This document shows positions 1 through 10,531 of a stretch of 64,000 bases of DNA, in pieces; within the stretch, counting starts at the first letter, position 1, and each line of letters opens with the position of its first letter. The position numbers and the translations under genes were made by a program. Under the pieces are notes generated by a model. That model was not told the origin of the DNA. It saw nothing but the letters and a program-made list of their open reading frames with translations, and ran no database searches. The DNA is from an uncultured Deinococcaceae bacterium (lineage in GTDB: Bacteria > Deinococcota > Deinococci > Deinococcales > Deinococcaceae). Location of the stretch: contig CAXULY010000024.1 in NCBI GenBank assembly GCA_964252075.1, positions 22,701 through 86,700 of the forward strand. The letters are read 5' to 3'.

Positions 1-216
1 GATGGGATCGCCCTGCAGGTTGGTCACCCGGCCGGTGATGGCGTTGGTCGCCGTGGGGGTGGGCGTCGGGGTGGGGTTTCCCGTGCCGGGGCCCGGGGGC
101 ACTGGGGTCGACGGGTGCCCGGTGTTCGTCCCGCCGCTGCAGGCCCCCAGGGCCAACGAGAGGACGAGGAAGGCGGAACGGATCAGGGTGGTCCGGGTTA
201 TGGTGGGCTGCGTCAT
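1..216 (-). CDS. Lipoprotein, N-terminal part (runs off window start)
   Basis: Minus-strand ATG at 216 after an AGGA-like RBS. Translates MTQPTITRTTLIRSAFLVLSLALGACSGG (lipobox LGAC), then a PT/PG-rich linker and ITGRVTNLQGDP (start of a beta-sandwich-like domain). Confidence 0.65.
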   Translation of the reverse strand, partial: MTQPTITRTTLIRSAFLVLSLALGACSGGTNTGHPSTPVPPGPGTGNPTPTPTPTATNAITGRVTNLQGDPI

Positions 217-511
217 GGTGGGTTCCTTTCGCGCACCGCTGGGGGTGCTTCTGGGATCAAGCGTAAAAAACCCCTGGTGGTGGGCGCATGACACCTGAAA
301 GGGAGGCGCGTCCGCACCGCACGAACCCGCCAGCGGCGGCCCGCGTCGCCTTCCCGGAGGCGCTCATGCTTTCCAACCAACCCCCTGATCCCACCACCGC
401 AAGGTTTCGGCGCCACCCACCGATCACACCGCTGGTGCGCGTCCAGGCGGCGCGCACGGTGAAGCGCACCTCAAGCGGGCTGCGCAGACGGTGGGCACCG
501 AGAGGAGTCGC

Positions 512-1264
512 ATGACCGAGTCACCCCTGCCCTACCGCTTTTATGGTGAGCTGGCGCGCTGGTGGCCGCTCATCTCACCCGTCGCCGATTACGAGGAAGA
601 GGCCGGTTACGTGGCTTCGCTGCTCCTGGCGCACCCACGGCCCGTGCACGCGGTGCTGGAACTGGGCAGCGGCGGGGGGCACAACGCCTGGCACCTGAAA
701 CGCCACTTCCAGTTGACCCTGACGGACCTCTCGACGGACATGCTGACGGCTTCGCAGCAGCTCAACCCGGACCTCGAACACCTCCAGGGCGACATGCGCG
801 CCCTGCGCCTGGACCGTCAATTCGACGCGGTGTTCGTGCACGACGCGGTGGACTACATGACCTCACGGGCCGACCTGACCCTCGCCCTGCAGACGGCCTT
901 TCACCACTGCCGCCCGGGCGGCCTCGCGGTGTTCATGCCGGACGACATCCGCGAGACGCTGGAGGAAAACACGTCCCTCGACGAGCAGGACGCGCCCGAC
1001 GGGCGGGCGGTGCGGTTCATGACCTGGACCTGGGACCTCGACCCGAACGACGACGCGGTGCGCACCGAGTACAGTTTCTTGCTGCGCGACGAGGCGGGGA
1101 CGGTGCGCGCCGTGCACGAGACGCACCACCTCGGGGTGTTCCCTCGTCAGGTGTGGCTGGACCTGCTCACCCAGGTGGGCTTCGAGGCGGAGGCGGTGCT
1201 GGAGGACACCACCGAGGACCGCCCGCCCCGCACGGTGTTCCTCGCCGTGTGCCCGACCGCGTAA
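512..1264 (+). CDS. Class I SAM-dependent methyltransferase
   Basis: VLELGSGGG motif I, LTDLS, QGDMR, FDAVFVH; RBS gaggag before ATG 512. Confidence 0.9.
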   Translation: MTESPLPYRFYGELARWWPLISPVADYEEEAGYVASLLLAHPRPVHAVLELGSGGGHNAWHLKRHFQLTLTDLSTDMLTASQQLNPDLEHLQGDMRALRLDRQFDAVFVHDAVDYMTSRADLTLALQTAFHHCRPGGLAVFMPDDIRETLEENTSLDEQDAPDGRAVRFMTWTWDLDPNDDAVRTEYSFLLRDEAGTVRAVHETHHLGVFPRQVWLDLLTQVGFEAEAVLEDTTEDRPPRTVFLAVCPTA

Positions 1265-1654
1265 GGCTGAGGCGGCGGGAGCAGGCGATCATGGGGGCTG
1301 TGTGCCGCCCTGAATGGTCCATCACCGTGTGACGGGCCTGGCCGGGGTGGACCCGCGTCCCTGGGCGGCGCACCCAGCCATGTTCACGCCTGGTGCCTGA
1401 AGTTTCTGGTGTAGCGGTGTGCTGGCCAGGTCGCGGCGGGCGGGTGGATGTTCACGCTGGGCATGGACGCCCGGCAGTGCTCGACGGGCACACGAATCAC
1501 GAGGTGGAGTCCGGAAGGACGTTTACGCCGTCGCGGGCGCGCTGACCGCATCCCATGCGGTGGGACAGCACCCAGCCCCGCCACATCCCCCTGACGTGCA
1601 CGGGGTGGGTAGGCCCTTGCTCCTGACATCGTGTGAGGCGGCACACTGGACGGC

Positions 1655-2467
1655 GTGACGCTCAGCATCGGATCGTTCGCTCAGCTGGCCGGCGTCTCCG
1701 TCCGGATGCTGCGGCATTATGACCGGATTCAGCTGCTGGCGCCCGCGCGCGTCGACACCGCTTCCGGCCGCCGCACCTATGACCTCGACCAGCTGGCCCT
1801 GCTCCACCGCATCCTGGCCTTGAAGGGCCTGGGCTTCACCCTGCAGGAGGTGTCCGTCATCGTCCATCAGGGCCTCGCGCCCGCGGAGCTGCACGGCATG
1901 CTGCGCCTCCGCCAGGCGCACCTCGAACGGCAGGTCCACCAGCACCAGCACCGCCTGAGCCGCGTGGCGGCACGCCTCCACCTCATTGAACAGGAGCACC
2001 ACATGTCCGACGCCATCCACCGCAAGGCGCTGGCGCCCCTCCGACTGGTTGGGCGGGTGGAGACCGCATCGGACGCCACCCGGGCGACCGTCGGTCGGCT
2101 GGTCGAGCGGCTCTTCACCGTCGTGGCGGACCGCATGGACGCGGTGGGGGGTAACCGCACCGACCCCATCGCCCGTTTCACGGCACCCACCAGGCCGGAA
2201 GGGGCCGTGCAGGTCAGCGCAGGGTATGGGCTGCCGCGGGGGAGCGTGGCCGACCTGGAGGTGCTGGAGCTGCCCGCGGTGGAGGTGGCCGCGGTCATCC
2301 ATCATGGTCCGGTGGTGAACATCACCGCCGCGTACCAGGCGCTGGGTCGGTGGGCGCAGGCGAACGGTCAGGCCAGCGCGCTGCAGGGTGGGGTGTACCT
2401 CGAGGCGAGCGGTGAGGACCAGGGCGACTGGATCGTGGAGGTGCAACTGGAACTCGTGGGCGCCTGA
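1655..2467 (+). CDS. MerR-family transcriptional regulator with GyrI-like effector domain
   Basis: LSIGSFAQLAGVSVRMLRHYDRIQLL MerR HTH; C-terminal HHGP..AYQAL..W GyrI-like pattern. Confidence 0.9.
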   Translation: MTLSIGSFAQLAGVSVRMLRHYDRIQLLAPARVDTASGRRTYDLDQLALLHRILALKGLGFTLQEVSVIVHQGLAPAELHGMLRLRQAHLERQVHQHQHRLSRVAARLHLIEQEHHMSDAIHRKALAPLRLVGRVETASDATRATVGRLVERLFTVVADRMDAVGGNRTDPIARFTAPTRPEGAVQVSAGYGLPRGSVADLEVLELPAVEVAAVIHHGPVVNITAAYQALGRWAQANGQASALQGGVYLEASGEDQGDWIVEVQLELVGA

Positions 2468-2517
2468 GGGCCGCGGACCAGCTGCTAGAGGTTGATGCAC
2501 CCGCGACGCGCGTGCCC

Positions 2518-3050
2518 TCATCCCGCAGGTCTGACGCAGGAACCACGCCGACGATGTGGCTGGGCGTGGTGACGTCCGGCCACAATTTGATGCCGGTGAG
2601 GTCGTGGGTCAGGCGGCGGGACGCGTGGTCGTCCTTCATGCCGGGACGACTGGCGAGGCGCTGACCTGCGAGGCCGCGCCTGAACCTGAAGGCCCTTCGC
2701 AGTGAGCCACGCGCGTCGCTCCACGCCGTTCCCGATCAGCGGGTCGACGGGCGGTCGGTCCATCGGCCGAATCAGGGTCAGGGCCTTCACGCGACCTGAC
2801 CGTCTTTGAGGTCGAGGAGGCCGCGCAGGGACGCGCGGCGGTCGCGCCCGTCGCGCCGCCAGCCCACCACGATGGGCGCGAGGTCCGCGCCGTCCTCGGC
2901 GGTGATCACGGCGCGCTCGTGCTGGTGGAAGCGGCTGGGCACCCCATGCCTGGTGGCGGACGCGGTGAGGCTCATCCCTTCGAGGGCGCTGGTCACGGGC
3001 ACGGCGGCGGGCTGCCGCTTCTTCAGCACGGGCGCCTCCTCGGCGGTGTC
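2518..3050 (-). pseudogene. Two short coupled ORFs; the second begins like an ASCH-domain protein (degenerate)
   Basis: GTGA overlap at 2787-2790. MKALTLIRP...VERRAW resembles the ASCH N-terminus but diverges soon after. Confidence 0.3.
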
Positions 3051-3806
3051 GGACAACCCAGGCGATGGGGTATGACCGGGCGATCGGAAGACTCGGTGCG
3101 TTTGGGGAGCGGCGGGCCGCCCAGCACGCCGCTCAGCAACTGGGAATGCGCGACCGACAGGCGCGCGGCCCGGGTCGTCGAACTCGCCGGTCACGGCGGC
3201 CCGCTGCGCGCGGAAGGTGCGAAGTTCGACTTCCGCGTCCTCCAACTGTGTGCACGCCAGGTCTGCGGTTGTGCGTTCGGAATTTGGGCGCCGCTCCAGC
3301 CGCGTGCGCTCCTGCGCCGCCACTTTTCGCATGTCGCCGCCGTCCAGCTCCACGCGCTGCGGCGCTCATGGGCTGCGTCCACCTGCGCCTGCGTCGCGTC
3401 GCGCGTCGCCTGTCCGTCCGTGCATTTGACGCGTGCGGTGATTGTCGTCCCGGCTCGGTGCAGGACCCGAGTCCAGCGTGCAAACAGCCCAGGCGACCGG
3501 GTGGCGCGCCGCCCGCGTGGGGTGGGGCCAGCCAGGGCGGGTTCATGCCGACCGCCTGATGGGACAGCCGGTCCCTGGTGGACGTCAGGGCCAGAGAGGA
3601 GGAAATCCAAACGGTAGTGCCCGCACCACCTGGAAGTGTGGCTGGCCTGGACGCCCAGGACTTCGGGTCGCACGGCCCCTTCCGCACACCCTGCGCTTCA
3701 AACGTGCTGATCGCCGAGAACCCACCGTAAGTTTTTTGAGAGGTGCATTTGAATACGGTGAGCACGTTTATTCATGCGTCCTCCGTCGCTTTCCGGGAGT
3801 TCACCT

Positions 3807-6362
3807 ATGACCGCCTCACGCGCACACCCGCACCTTGCGTCGCTCGGCATTCCCCTCCTCCTCGCCGCCTGTGGACAGGCACCCACCGCACCGGCCAGCG
3901 GCCCTGTCTCCCTGTCCATCCACGCGCCCATCCCCACCGTCCTGGCCCAGGCGGTGAAGCCCCAGGGGCTGCCGTCCGGCGCCCTCCCCACCCTGCACTT
4001 CAACGTGACGGTCCGCGACGCCAACGGCACCGCCCTCACCTTCAACGACGGCGTGTACGACCCGAACGGACAGGGTGTCCAGCACAGCCTGCTGCTGAAC
4101 AGCGCCGATCAATACGCCGCGACGCTCCTGCTGCCCGCCGGTCCGTACACCTTCGAGACGGCCGCCAAAGACGGCACGACGGACGCCGCCTCCACGAACG
4201 TTCTGCTCGCGTACGGCCCTGCTGCCGAGAACGCCCTGACCTTAAGCAGCGCCAGTCACACCGTGAACCTTAAGTTCCACACCGTGGTGGATCCAGCCGG
4301 CAGCCGCCTCGACCTGAAGGACAGCGCCGCGGACCCCAGCGCGAACACCCCGCTGGACCTCAGCCTGCGCCCCGTCACGGCCCTGGTGAACGGCACCGCC
4401 TACGCCGCCCCGACCAGCGATTACACCCCACCCACCTACACCCTCGCGGCCGGCTCACAAAGCACCCTGAACGGCTCAGGCAGCGCGCTGGGCGTGAACG
4501 TCACCCCGAACGACGAAACCCTCAACCTCAGTGCGAACTTCCAGGCGTGGCTGCGTCAGGGCAGCACCGACACCGCCGCCCTCTCGCCCGTCACCCTGAA
4601 CTTCCAGCACGCCGTGAGCGGGGTCAGCACCTGTGGCACCCGCGTGACCTTAAATGTCGGGCAGGTTGCCAGTTTCACCGGAGCGGCCGCCGCCAAGCTG
4701 TGTCTGCCAGGAGGCAGCGCCAACGCCCAGGAGTACGCGGTGATTCCCTTCAACCGGGCGGCCACGGTGTCGTACAGCGCCACCACACCCCTCACCCTGA
4801 CCGGAACCAACATCACCGCCTCCACCTTCACTGCCCAGAGCCTGCCCCAGGGCCAGCCGTCCGCGCTGAACCTCCCGGCCGTCAGTGACGCCACGCCGCC
4901 CAGCGAGGACCTCAGTGCCCTCCTGCGCCGACCCCACAGCCGCATCCAAGCCACTGGCGTCCGGGCGCAGGCCATCCCCCAGGGCGTCGTCCCTGCGGTC
5001 GACACGCGCTTCGACCTGAACGTCTCGTCGTCCTGCAGTGGCAGCGCGGACATCCGCACCGCGCGGGTGGAATCCGTCAGCCAGCACGCCATTGTGGTGC
5101 AGGAAGTGGTGGAGGACCCCCTCAACCCTGGCACGTACAGCCCTGACGTCGTCGGTGGGTACGCCCGCAGTGATTACGACGGCATCGGCAAGAACTTCGA
5201 CGTCATCTACGACGAGGTTACCAAGAACTTCGGTGACGCCACGGACGAGGACGGCAACGGCCACGTGGTCCTGTTCTTCACCAGGAAGATGAATGAACTC
5301 AGCCCCCCCGCCTCCTCAGCCATCACCAACGGCCAGTTCCTTACCAAAGACGTCTTCAGCAGCGACCCCGTCAACGGCTGCGAGAACAGCAACGCGGGCG
5401 AACTGCTGTACCTGATGGTGCCCGACCCCACCGGCGCCGTCAACAGCAACGTCCGCACCTTTTCCTACGTGACGGGCAGCCTCAACCAGACGCTGACCAA
5501 AGAGTTCACGCGGCTCAACAACGGCTTTCGCCGCGCCTACGTCACGGGCGCCAGTTTCTTCGAGCAGGGCTGGCTGGATCAGGGCCTGGCCCAGGAAGCG
5601 CTCGAGCTGATGTTCTACCGCAGCCTCGATCCCAACACCACGATGTACGGCAGCGCCAGTGGTGCGACGGGTCCGGGCTCCACCTGGACCGCCTCCACAC
5701 CCCCCGCGGCGTGCGCGTTGCTGCCGGGCCAGAACCTCGTGGTCTCCAACATCAACACCGGGTCATGTGCCTCGCGCCGGGTGGCGGCGTTCAACACCTA
5801 CGAGAACCTGATTTACACCTCTTACCGGTCGTTCCTGCAGAGTCCCAGCGCCAACAGCATCTACCTCAAGAACACCCCGTCGTCGACCGCCACCACCAAC
5901 ACCGGGAACGGCACCATGTACACCGCGACGGCGCCATTTTTGCGGTACCTGGCGGACCGCGCGGGGGGCAACCAGACGCTGTTCTGGCAGCGCCTCGTGA
6001 ACAGCAACCTGGAAGGCGTTGCGAACATCCAGAACGCCCTGGGGGGCGCGGACCCGCAGGATTGGCTGCGCGACTGGAGCGTCGCCACTTTCACCGACGA
6101 CAAAGCAGGGCTGACTGGGGTTGACGCCAAGTTCACGCAACCCAGCTGGAATTACCGCTCCCTGTTCAACGCCCTGGGCGGTTGGCCCTTGCAGCTCCGA
6201 TCCCTTTCAGACGGCGCGCCGGTCACCCTGCCGTACTACTCGGGCGCCACCTCCTACTTCGCCTTGGGCGTTGCTGCCGGGCAGAACGCCACCCTCGCCG
6301 TGACGTCCGGCGGGCAGAATCCGCCCGCGAACATGTCCGTGTCCGTGGTGCGCGTCAAATGA
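3807..6362 (+). CDS. Large lipoprotein with a degenerate zinc-metallopeptidase-like (M30/M6-type) C-terminal region
   Basis: Lipobox LLAAC; DEDGNGHVVLFFT and SNAGELLYL segments typical of these peptidases. TLTKEFTRLNN and WLDQGLA stand where HEXXH and WLxEGLA are expected. Confidence 0.7.
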   Translation: MTASRAHPHLASLGIPLLLAACGQAPTAPASGPVSLSIHAPIPTVLAQAVKPQGLPSGALPTLHFNVTVRDANGTALTFNDGVYDPNGQGVQHSLLLNSADQYAATLLLPAGPYTFETAAKDGTTDAASTNVLLAYGPAAENALTLSSASHTVNLKFHTVVDPAGSRLDLKDSAADPSANTPLDLSLRPVTALVNGTAYAAPTSDYTPPTYTLAAGSQSTLNGSGSALGVNVTPNDETLNLSANFQAWLRQGSTDTAALSPVTLNFQHAVSGVSTCGTRVTLNVGQVASFTGAAAAKLCLPGGSANAQEYAVIPFNRAATVSYSATTPLTLTGTNITASTFTAQSLPQGQPSALNLPAVSDATPPSEDLSALLRRPHSRIQATGVRAQAIPQGVVPAVDTRFDLNVSSSCSGSADIRTARVESVSQHAIVVQEVVEDPLNPGTYSPDVVGGYARSDYDGIGKNFDVIYDEVTKNFGDATDEDGNGHVVLFFTRKMNELSPPASSAITNGQFLTKDVFSSDPVNGCENSNAGELLYLMVPDPTGAVNSNVRTFSYVTGSLNQTLTKEFTRLNNGFRRAYVTGASFFEQGWLDQGLAQEALELMFYRSLDPNTTMYGSASGATGPGSTWTASTPPAACALLPGQNLVVSNINTGSCASRRVAAFNTYENLIYTSYRSFLQSPSANSIYLKNTPSSTATTNTGNGTMYTATAPFLRYLADRAGGNQTLFWQRLVNSNLEGVANIQNALGGADPQDWLRDWSVATFTDDKAGLTGVDAKFTQPSWNYRSLFNALGGWPLQLRSLSDGAPVTLPYYSGATSYFALGVAAGQNATLAVTSGGQNPPANMSVSVVRVK

Positions 6363-6384
6363 GCGCCGCCCTTGGAGGTCCGCA

Positions 6385-7797
6385 ATGAAACGCCTCGTGG
6401 CCCTCACCACCGCCGCGCTGCTCCTCGCCGCCTGCAGCCAGGGCCTGCCCACCCAACCGGGCCAGCCTGGGCCGGTCGACCTGCGCGCCACGTTGACGGT
6501 GGACGTGGCGGGCCTCCCCGCCGGTCAGGCCGCCGCCGTGACCGTCGCTGAGCTCGAAGGGCACGCCCTCACCCTCGCTGGCCCGCAGGTCATCCCGGAC
6601 ATGCCGCTCGGGCGGTACGCGGTGAGCGCGGCGCCCGTGACCGCGGGCGACCTCACCTACACCCCGTCGGTGGACGTTCCGAGCGTTCAGTTCGACGCGC
6701 AGCACCTGCAGCAGACGGTGCACGTCACGTACGCCCCACCCCGCACGGGCAGCCTCACGGTGCACGTCGCCGGCCTCCCCGCTGGGGCGTCGTCCACCCT
6801 GCACCTCACCGCCCCGGACGGCCACGTCCGCGATCTGGCCGCGCTGGACGCACAGACCCTGCCCGACCTTGCGCCCGGCACCTACACGCTGACGGCTGAT
6901 GCGGTCCAGTCGGCGGGCACCGCGTACACTCCGGCCGTCGACCCGGGCACCATTACGGTCGAGGCGGGCCGCACCGTGGTCGCGAACGTCACCTACGTGC
7001 GCGCCGAAGCGCCCCAGGGCGCGGTGTCCGTGCGGGTGACGGGCCTCCCCAGCGGCGCGCCGTTTCAGCTGGTGGTCACGGACGCGCTTGGCCACCCGCA
7101 TGACGTCACGGGCGCCTCGGTCCTCACGAACCTCCCACCGGGCGTGGCGAGCGTCCCCGCCCAGGACGTGCGGGTGGGCGACGTGCGCTACCACACGAGC
7201 GGCGGCAGTGTCACCGTCGTCGCCGGACAGGGCGGCGCCCTCACGGTCGCCTTCCAGGCGGTGAGTGGCGCGCTGCGGGTGGTCGTGAACTCGCCCGTCG
7301 CGCTCCCGGACGACCTGGTGCACGTGGGTGCCCCGACCGGCGCGCAGGCGCTGCGGGCCACCTCCACCCTGCCTGACCTCGCGCCCGGCAGCTACAGCGT
7401 GACGGCGCAGGCGTTCACGCAGGGCGGCTTCACGTACACGCCCAGCATCAGCCCCGAAGTGCTCGCCGTGCAGGCGGGCCTGACGGCGGGCGCCACGGTC
7501 ACCTACACGCCCAACGCGGTGGGTGTCGGGGTGACGGCCGACGTCACGCCACCCCAGGTCACGCTGGACGCCAGTGACACCTCCGCCGCCGTGACCGGCA
7601 CCGCCACGGACGCGGCTGGGCCGGTGCGGGTGCAGGCGTTCGATGGCACCACACTGCTCGGTACGGTGGAAGGCGTCACCGGACCGTGGCAGCTGACCTG
7701 GGCGCCCACTCCAGGGGATCACGCCCTGACGGTCATCGCGACCGACGGCGCCGGGAACACCGCGCAGACCGCCGCGACCATCCACGTCAACCCGTGA
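6385..7797 (+). CDS. Lipoprotein with tandem Ig-like/beta-sandwich repeats
   Basis: Lipobox LLAAC; repeated L(T/S)VxVxGLP...LxPGxY units; C-terminal DVTPPQV...HALTVIATDGAGN Ig-like domain; RBS ggagg. Confidence 0.85.
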   Translation: MKRLVALTTAALLLAACSQGLPTQPGQPGPVDLRATLTVDVAGLPAGQAAAVTVAELEGHALTLAGPQVIPDMPLGRYAVSAAPVTAGDLTYTPSVDVPSVQFDAQHLQQTVHVTYAPPRTGSLTVHVAGLPAGASSTLHLTAPDGHVRDLAALDAQTLPDLAPGTYTLTADAVQSAGTAYTPAVDPGTITVEAGRTVVANVTYVRAEAPQGAVSVRVTGLPSGAPFQLVVTDALGHPHDVTGASVLTNLPPGVASVPAQDVRVGDVRYHTSGGSVTVVAGQGGALTVAFQAVSGALRVVVNSPVALPDDLVHVGAPTGAQALRATSTLPDLAPGSYSVTAQAFTQGGFTYTPSISPEVLAVQAGLTAGATVTYTPNAVGVGVTADVTPPQVTLDASDTSAAVTGTATDAAGPVRVQAFDGTTLLGTVEGVTGPWQLTWAPTPGDHALTVIATDGAGNTAQTAATIHVNP

Positions 7798-7838
7798 ACG
7801 CCCCGTTCCTCACCTCTTGTTTTCCTAGGAGATTCGCC

Positions 7839-8990
7839 ATGCGCACCCCTTCCACCCTCGCCGTGCTCGTCGCCGCCCTGCTGCTCGCCGCGTGCGGTCA
7901 GAGCCCCGCCGCCACCCCCTCCGCCAGCGGGCCGCTGGTCCGCCTGCACGTCGGGACCACCCCGCAGCGCATCGCCCCGCAGGGCATGCCGACGGGCGGT
8001 TTCGACCCGGCGGGCGCGCACCTGAAACTCAAGGTGAAGGACAGCCAGGGGCAGACCGTGACCTTCCACGACGGCACGTACGCCCCAGCGGGCGACGGCG
8101 ACGCATTCCTGACGCTGAACGGCGCCAATGGGTATGGCGCGACGGTGCTGCTCCCAGCCGGCACGTACACCTTCGAGAGCGCCGTCAAGGACGGCGCGGA
8201 CGAGGCGAGCAGTGCGGGTGTGCTGCTCGCCTACGGAAAGTCCAGTGCCACCAGCGTCGACACCAACCATGCCAGCGTCACACTGGGCGTGCACGCCGTG
8301 ATGAACCCCGCCGCGGCGGCGCTCACCTTCGCGCTGCCCGCCGACGCCCTGTACACGAACGCCCACTTCTCCCTGCGCCTTCAGGTGCCCACGAACAGCG
8401 TCGGCAACCAGGGATACGCCGTGCCGACCAGCGACTACGCGGTCGGGGCGTACACCGTGACGGGCGGCACGCCCGACCCTTCCAGCGCGAGCGTGCTGGG
8501 GGTGGGTGTGACGGCCACCGGTAGCGTCGCGATCCCACAGGTGAGCGTGAGCGTCCCGGTGAGCGGCTGGGTGCAGGACGCCCCGGGCGCGGAAACCGCC
8601 ACGTACGCCCCGCGCACCGTGACCTTCACGCATGCGGTGCAGACCGCGACGGTCAGCGCGGATGTCACGGCACCGAATGAGGCGACCATCGACCCCATGG
8701 GGAGCGTCGCGGTGAACCAAGGGGTGGCGGTGACCGGCACGGCCTTCGACCAGGGCGGTCAGGTGAGCCGCGTGCGGCTGTACGACGGCACGCGGCTCGT
8801 GGCGAGCAGCGAGGGCGCCGAGCAGGCCGCTGGCGTGGCCGCCATCGCCTTCCCCACCTCGGATGACCACTGGTCGAGCACCTGGACGCCCACTGTCGCC
8901 GGAGCGCATGACCTGACTGTCACGGTGAACGACGCGGCGGGCAACGAGACGGTCGGGACGGCGACCGTCTCGGTGGGCGCCCCGAACTGA
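7839..8990 (+). CDS. Lipoprotein, paralog of the N-terminal domain of 3807-6362 plus an Ig-like domain
   Basis: Lipobox LLAAC; LLPAGxYTFExAxKDG and LLAYG shared with the first gene; C-terminal HDLTVTVNDAAGN. Confidence 0.85.
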   Translation: MRTPSTLAVLVAALLLAACGQSPAATPSASGPLVRLHVGTTPQRIAPQGMPTGGFDPAGAHLKLKVKDSQGQTVTFHDGTYAPAGDGDAFLTLNGANGYGATVLLPAGTYTFESAVKDGADEASSAGVLLAYGKSSATSVDTNHASVTLGVHAVMNPAAAALTFALPADALYTNAHFSLRLQVPTNSVGNQGYAVPTSDYAVGAYTVTGGTPDPSSASVLGVGVTATGSVAIPQVSVSVPVSGWVQDAPGAETATYAPRTVTFTHAVQTATVSADVTAPNEATIDPMGSVAVNQGVAVTGTAFDQGGQVSRVRLYDGTRLVASSEGAEQAAGVAAIAFPTSDDHWSSTWTPTVAGAHDLTVTVNDAAGNETVGTATVSVGAPN

Positions 8991-9017
8991 GCGGGCCGAG
9001 CAGCGAAGGTTCTCCAT

Positions 9018-9051
9018 GAAAGAGCGCCGCCCCATCAGGCGGCGCTCTTTC
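9018..9051 (+). terminator. Intrinsic terminator-like hairpin after the lipoprotein operon
   Basis: gaaagagcgccgcc-ccatca-ggcggcgctctttc, a perfect 14-bp stem. Confidence 0.8.
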
Positions 9052-9379
9052 GTGCAGTCATGCTCGCGACCTAAGGATGACCTGGTGTGGGGTCAGGGTT
9101 CAGCAGCGTCCAGCATGGCGTGAACGTTCTGATTCGCTTGGTTGGGGGAGGGGCCGTTCTTGAACGGTGGCGCTGGTGCGAGGTGTCCGCCACTGGTAAG
9201 GCGTGCGGGTGTGCTCTACGGTCCAGCTCAGGCACGCTCAGGGTCTGCATGCGGCTGGTGCGGACGGCCGCATCGTCCGGGAGCTGCGGGTGGCCCTGCA
9301 CGAAGCCGCTGAGGGTCAGGTCCCCGGCGACCGTGCGCCACCGCGCCCACTGGTCGTGGGTGGGCAGGGGAGAGTCGGT

Positions 9380-9670
9380 CGCGCGGCCCTGTGTCGGTGG
9401 AACCTCAGGCACGGTCAGTCCCACCGCACCGCCGGGCTCTTGGTCGCGAAGCAACGCCCCCACACCGCGATGGGCTTCGCGTTCTTCGTCTTGCAAGACC
9501 GCCATCACCGCGTGCAGGTCATCATCAGCCCGGACCTGTGGGAGGTTCACCGACAGCTGCTGCGCGACGCGCGCAGCCTGATCGTGGAAGGCCCCGCGAC
9601 GGTGAATGGCCGGGCGGTGACGCTCAAGGCCGTGTCCCTCGCTGAACTTCCGTTGAAGGCCGCACACACC
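9380..9670 (+). pseudogene. Isolated C-terminal OB-fold of an error-prone DNA polymerase III alpha (DnaE2-like)
   Basis: TAGLLVAKQRPHTAMGFAFFVLQD...VIISPDLWE...LIVEG matches the DnaE2 OB-fold pattern; no polymerase core upstream. Confidence 0.65.
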
Positions 9671-9790
9671 GCCCCCGCATGGCCACACGGCTCAGCCGCC
9701 CACGACTATCCACCCCCAGCACCCCTGCCTCCGGCGGCGCCCTCGCCCCACGGTGATCGGCACACCCGCGTGCCTGCGCCTTGCACGACC

Positions 9791-9815
9791 GCTTACGTTT
9801 CCCGTTGACGTAAGC
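9791..9815. promoter_or_regulatory. Palindromic putative operator
   Basis: gcttacgt-N9-acgtaagc, 7 nt upstream of ATG 9823. Confidence 0.4.
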
Positions 9816-9822
9816 TGCCGAC

Positions 9823-10491
9823 ATGGACGGCTTTCCGCAGGTCCAGGCGATGCCCGTGTTCGACCCTCAGGCGGTCCTGCTGTTAATCGACGGACGGCGA
9901 GGCCGGTTGTTCGAGCCGTTCCTGGCGCAGGACTGCACCGTGCCCATCGCGGCCGCGTGGTGCGGCCTGCCCAGCAACGTGATGCGCTACTGGGTGCAGC
10001 GCTTCGTGCAGCTCGGGCTGTTGAACCCCTCCGGCGCGCGGAGCGGGCGCGGCCGCCTAATTCAGACGTACCGGTCCGTCGCGGACGCGTTCCTGCTATT
10101 GCCGCCGGCCCGCATGTCGGTCCCCAACGAAGCGGACTTCCGTCAGCAGTACGATCCCCTGTGGTCCCGCTTCGTTCTGGGCGCCGTGCGGACATCCATT
10201 GAGCAGGCGGACGTCTGGGCGTGCCTGCTCTACCGCGACGCGGCGGGGCACACCGTCATGGAGAACGTCCCCCGCACGCACCTCGATGCCAGCGCACCGC
10301 AGGAGCCGCTGATCGGGCTGAACACCTGGGCGACCGTCCGGCTGACCGCCACCGAAGCCCACGCCCTTCAGGCGGAACTCGATGGCGTGGTCGAGCGCTT
10401 CGTGGCCCGTGCGCGCCGCGACGCGGACACCCCGCGCTACCTGGTCCACGTGGGGCTGGTCAAGGAGGTGGATCCAGCGCCAGGAGCGTGA
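9823..10491 (+). CDS. Putative winged-HTH protein
   Basis: 222-aa ORF with TVPIAAAWCGLPSNVMRYWVQRFVQLGLL HTH-like segment and GR..QTYR wing. Confidence 0.55.
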   Translation: MDGFPQVQAMPVFDPQAVLLLIDGRRGRLFEPFLAQDCTVPIAAAWCGLPSNVMRYWVQRFVQLGLLNPSGARSGRGRLIQTYRSVADAFLLLPPARMSVPNEADFRQQYDPLWSRFVLGAVRTSIEQADVWACLLYRDAAGHTVMENVPRTHLDASAPQEPLIGLNTWATVRLTATEAHALQAELDGVVERFVARARRDADTPRYLVHVGLVKEVDPAPGA

Positions 10492-10531
10492 CGTCGTCCC
10501 TCCAGCACGCGCCCCGTCCACCAGCGGCGCG

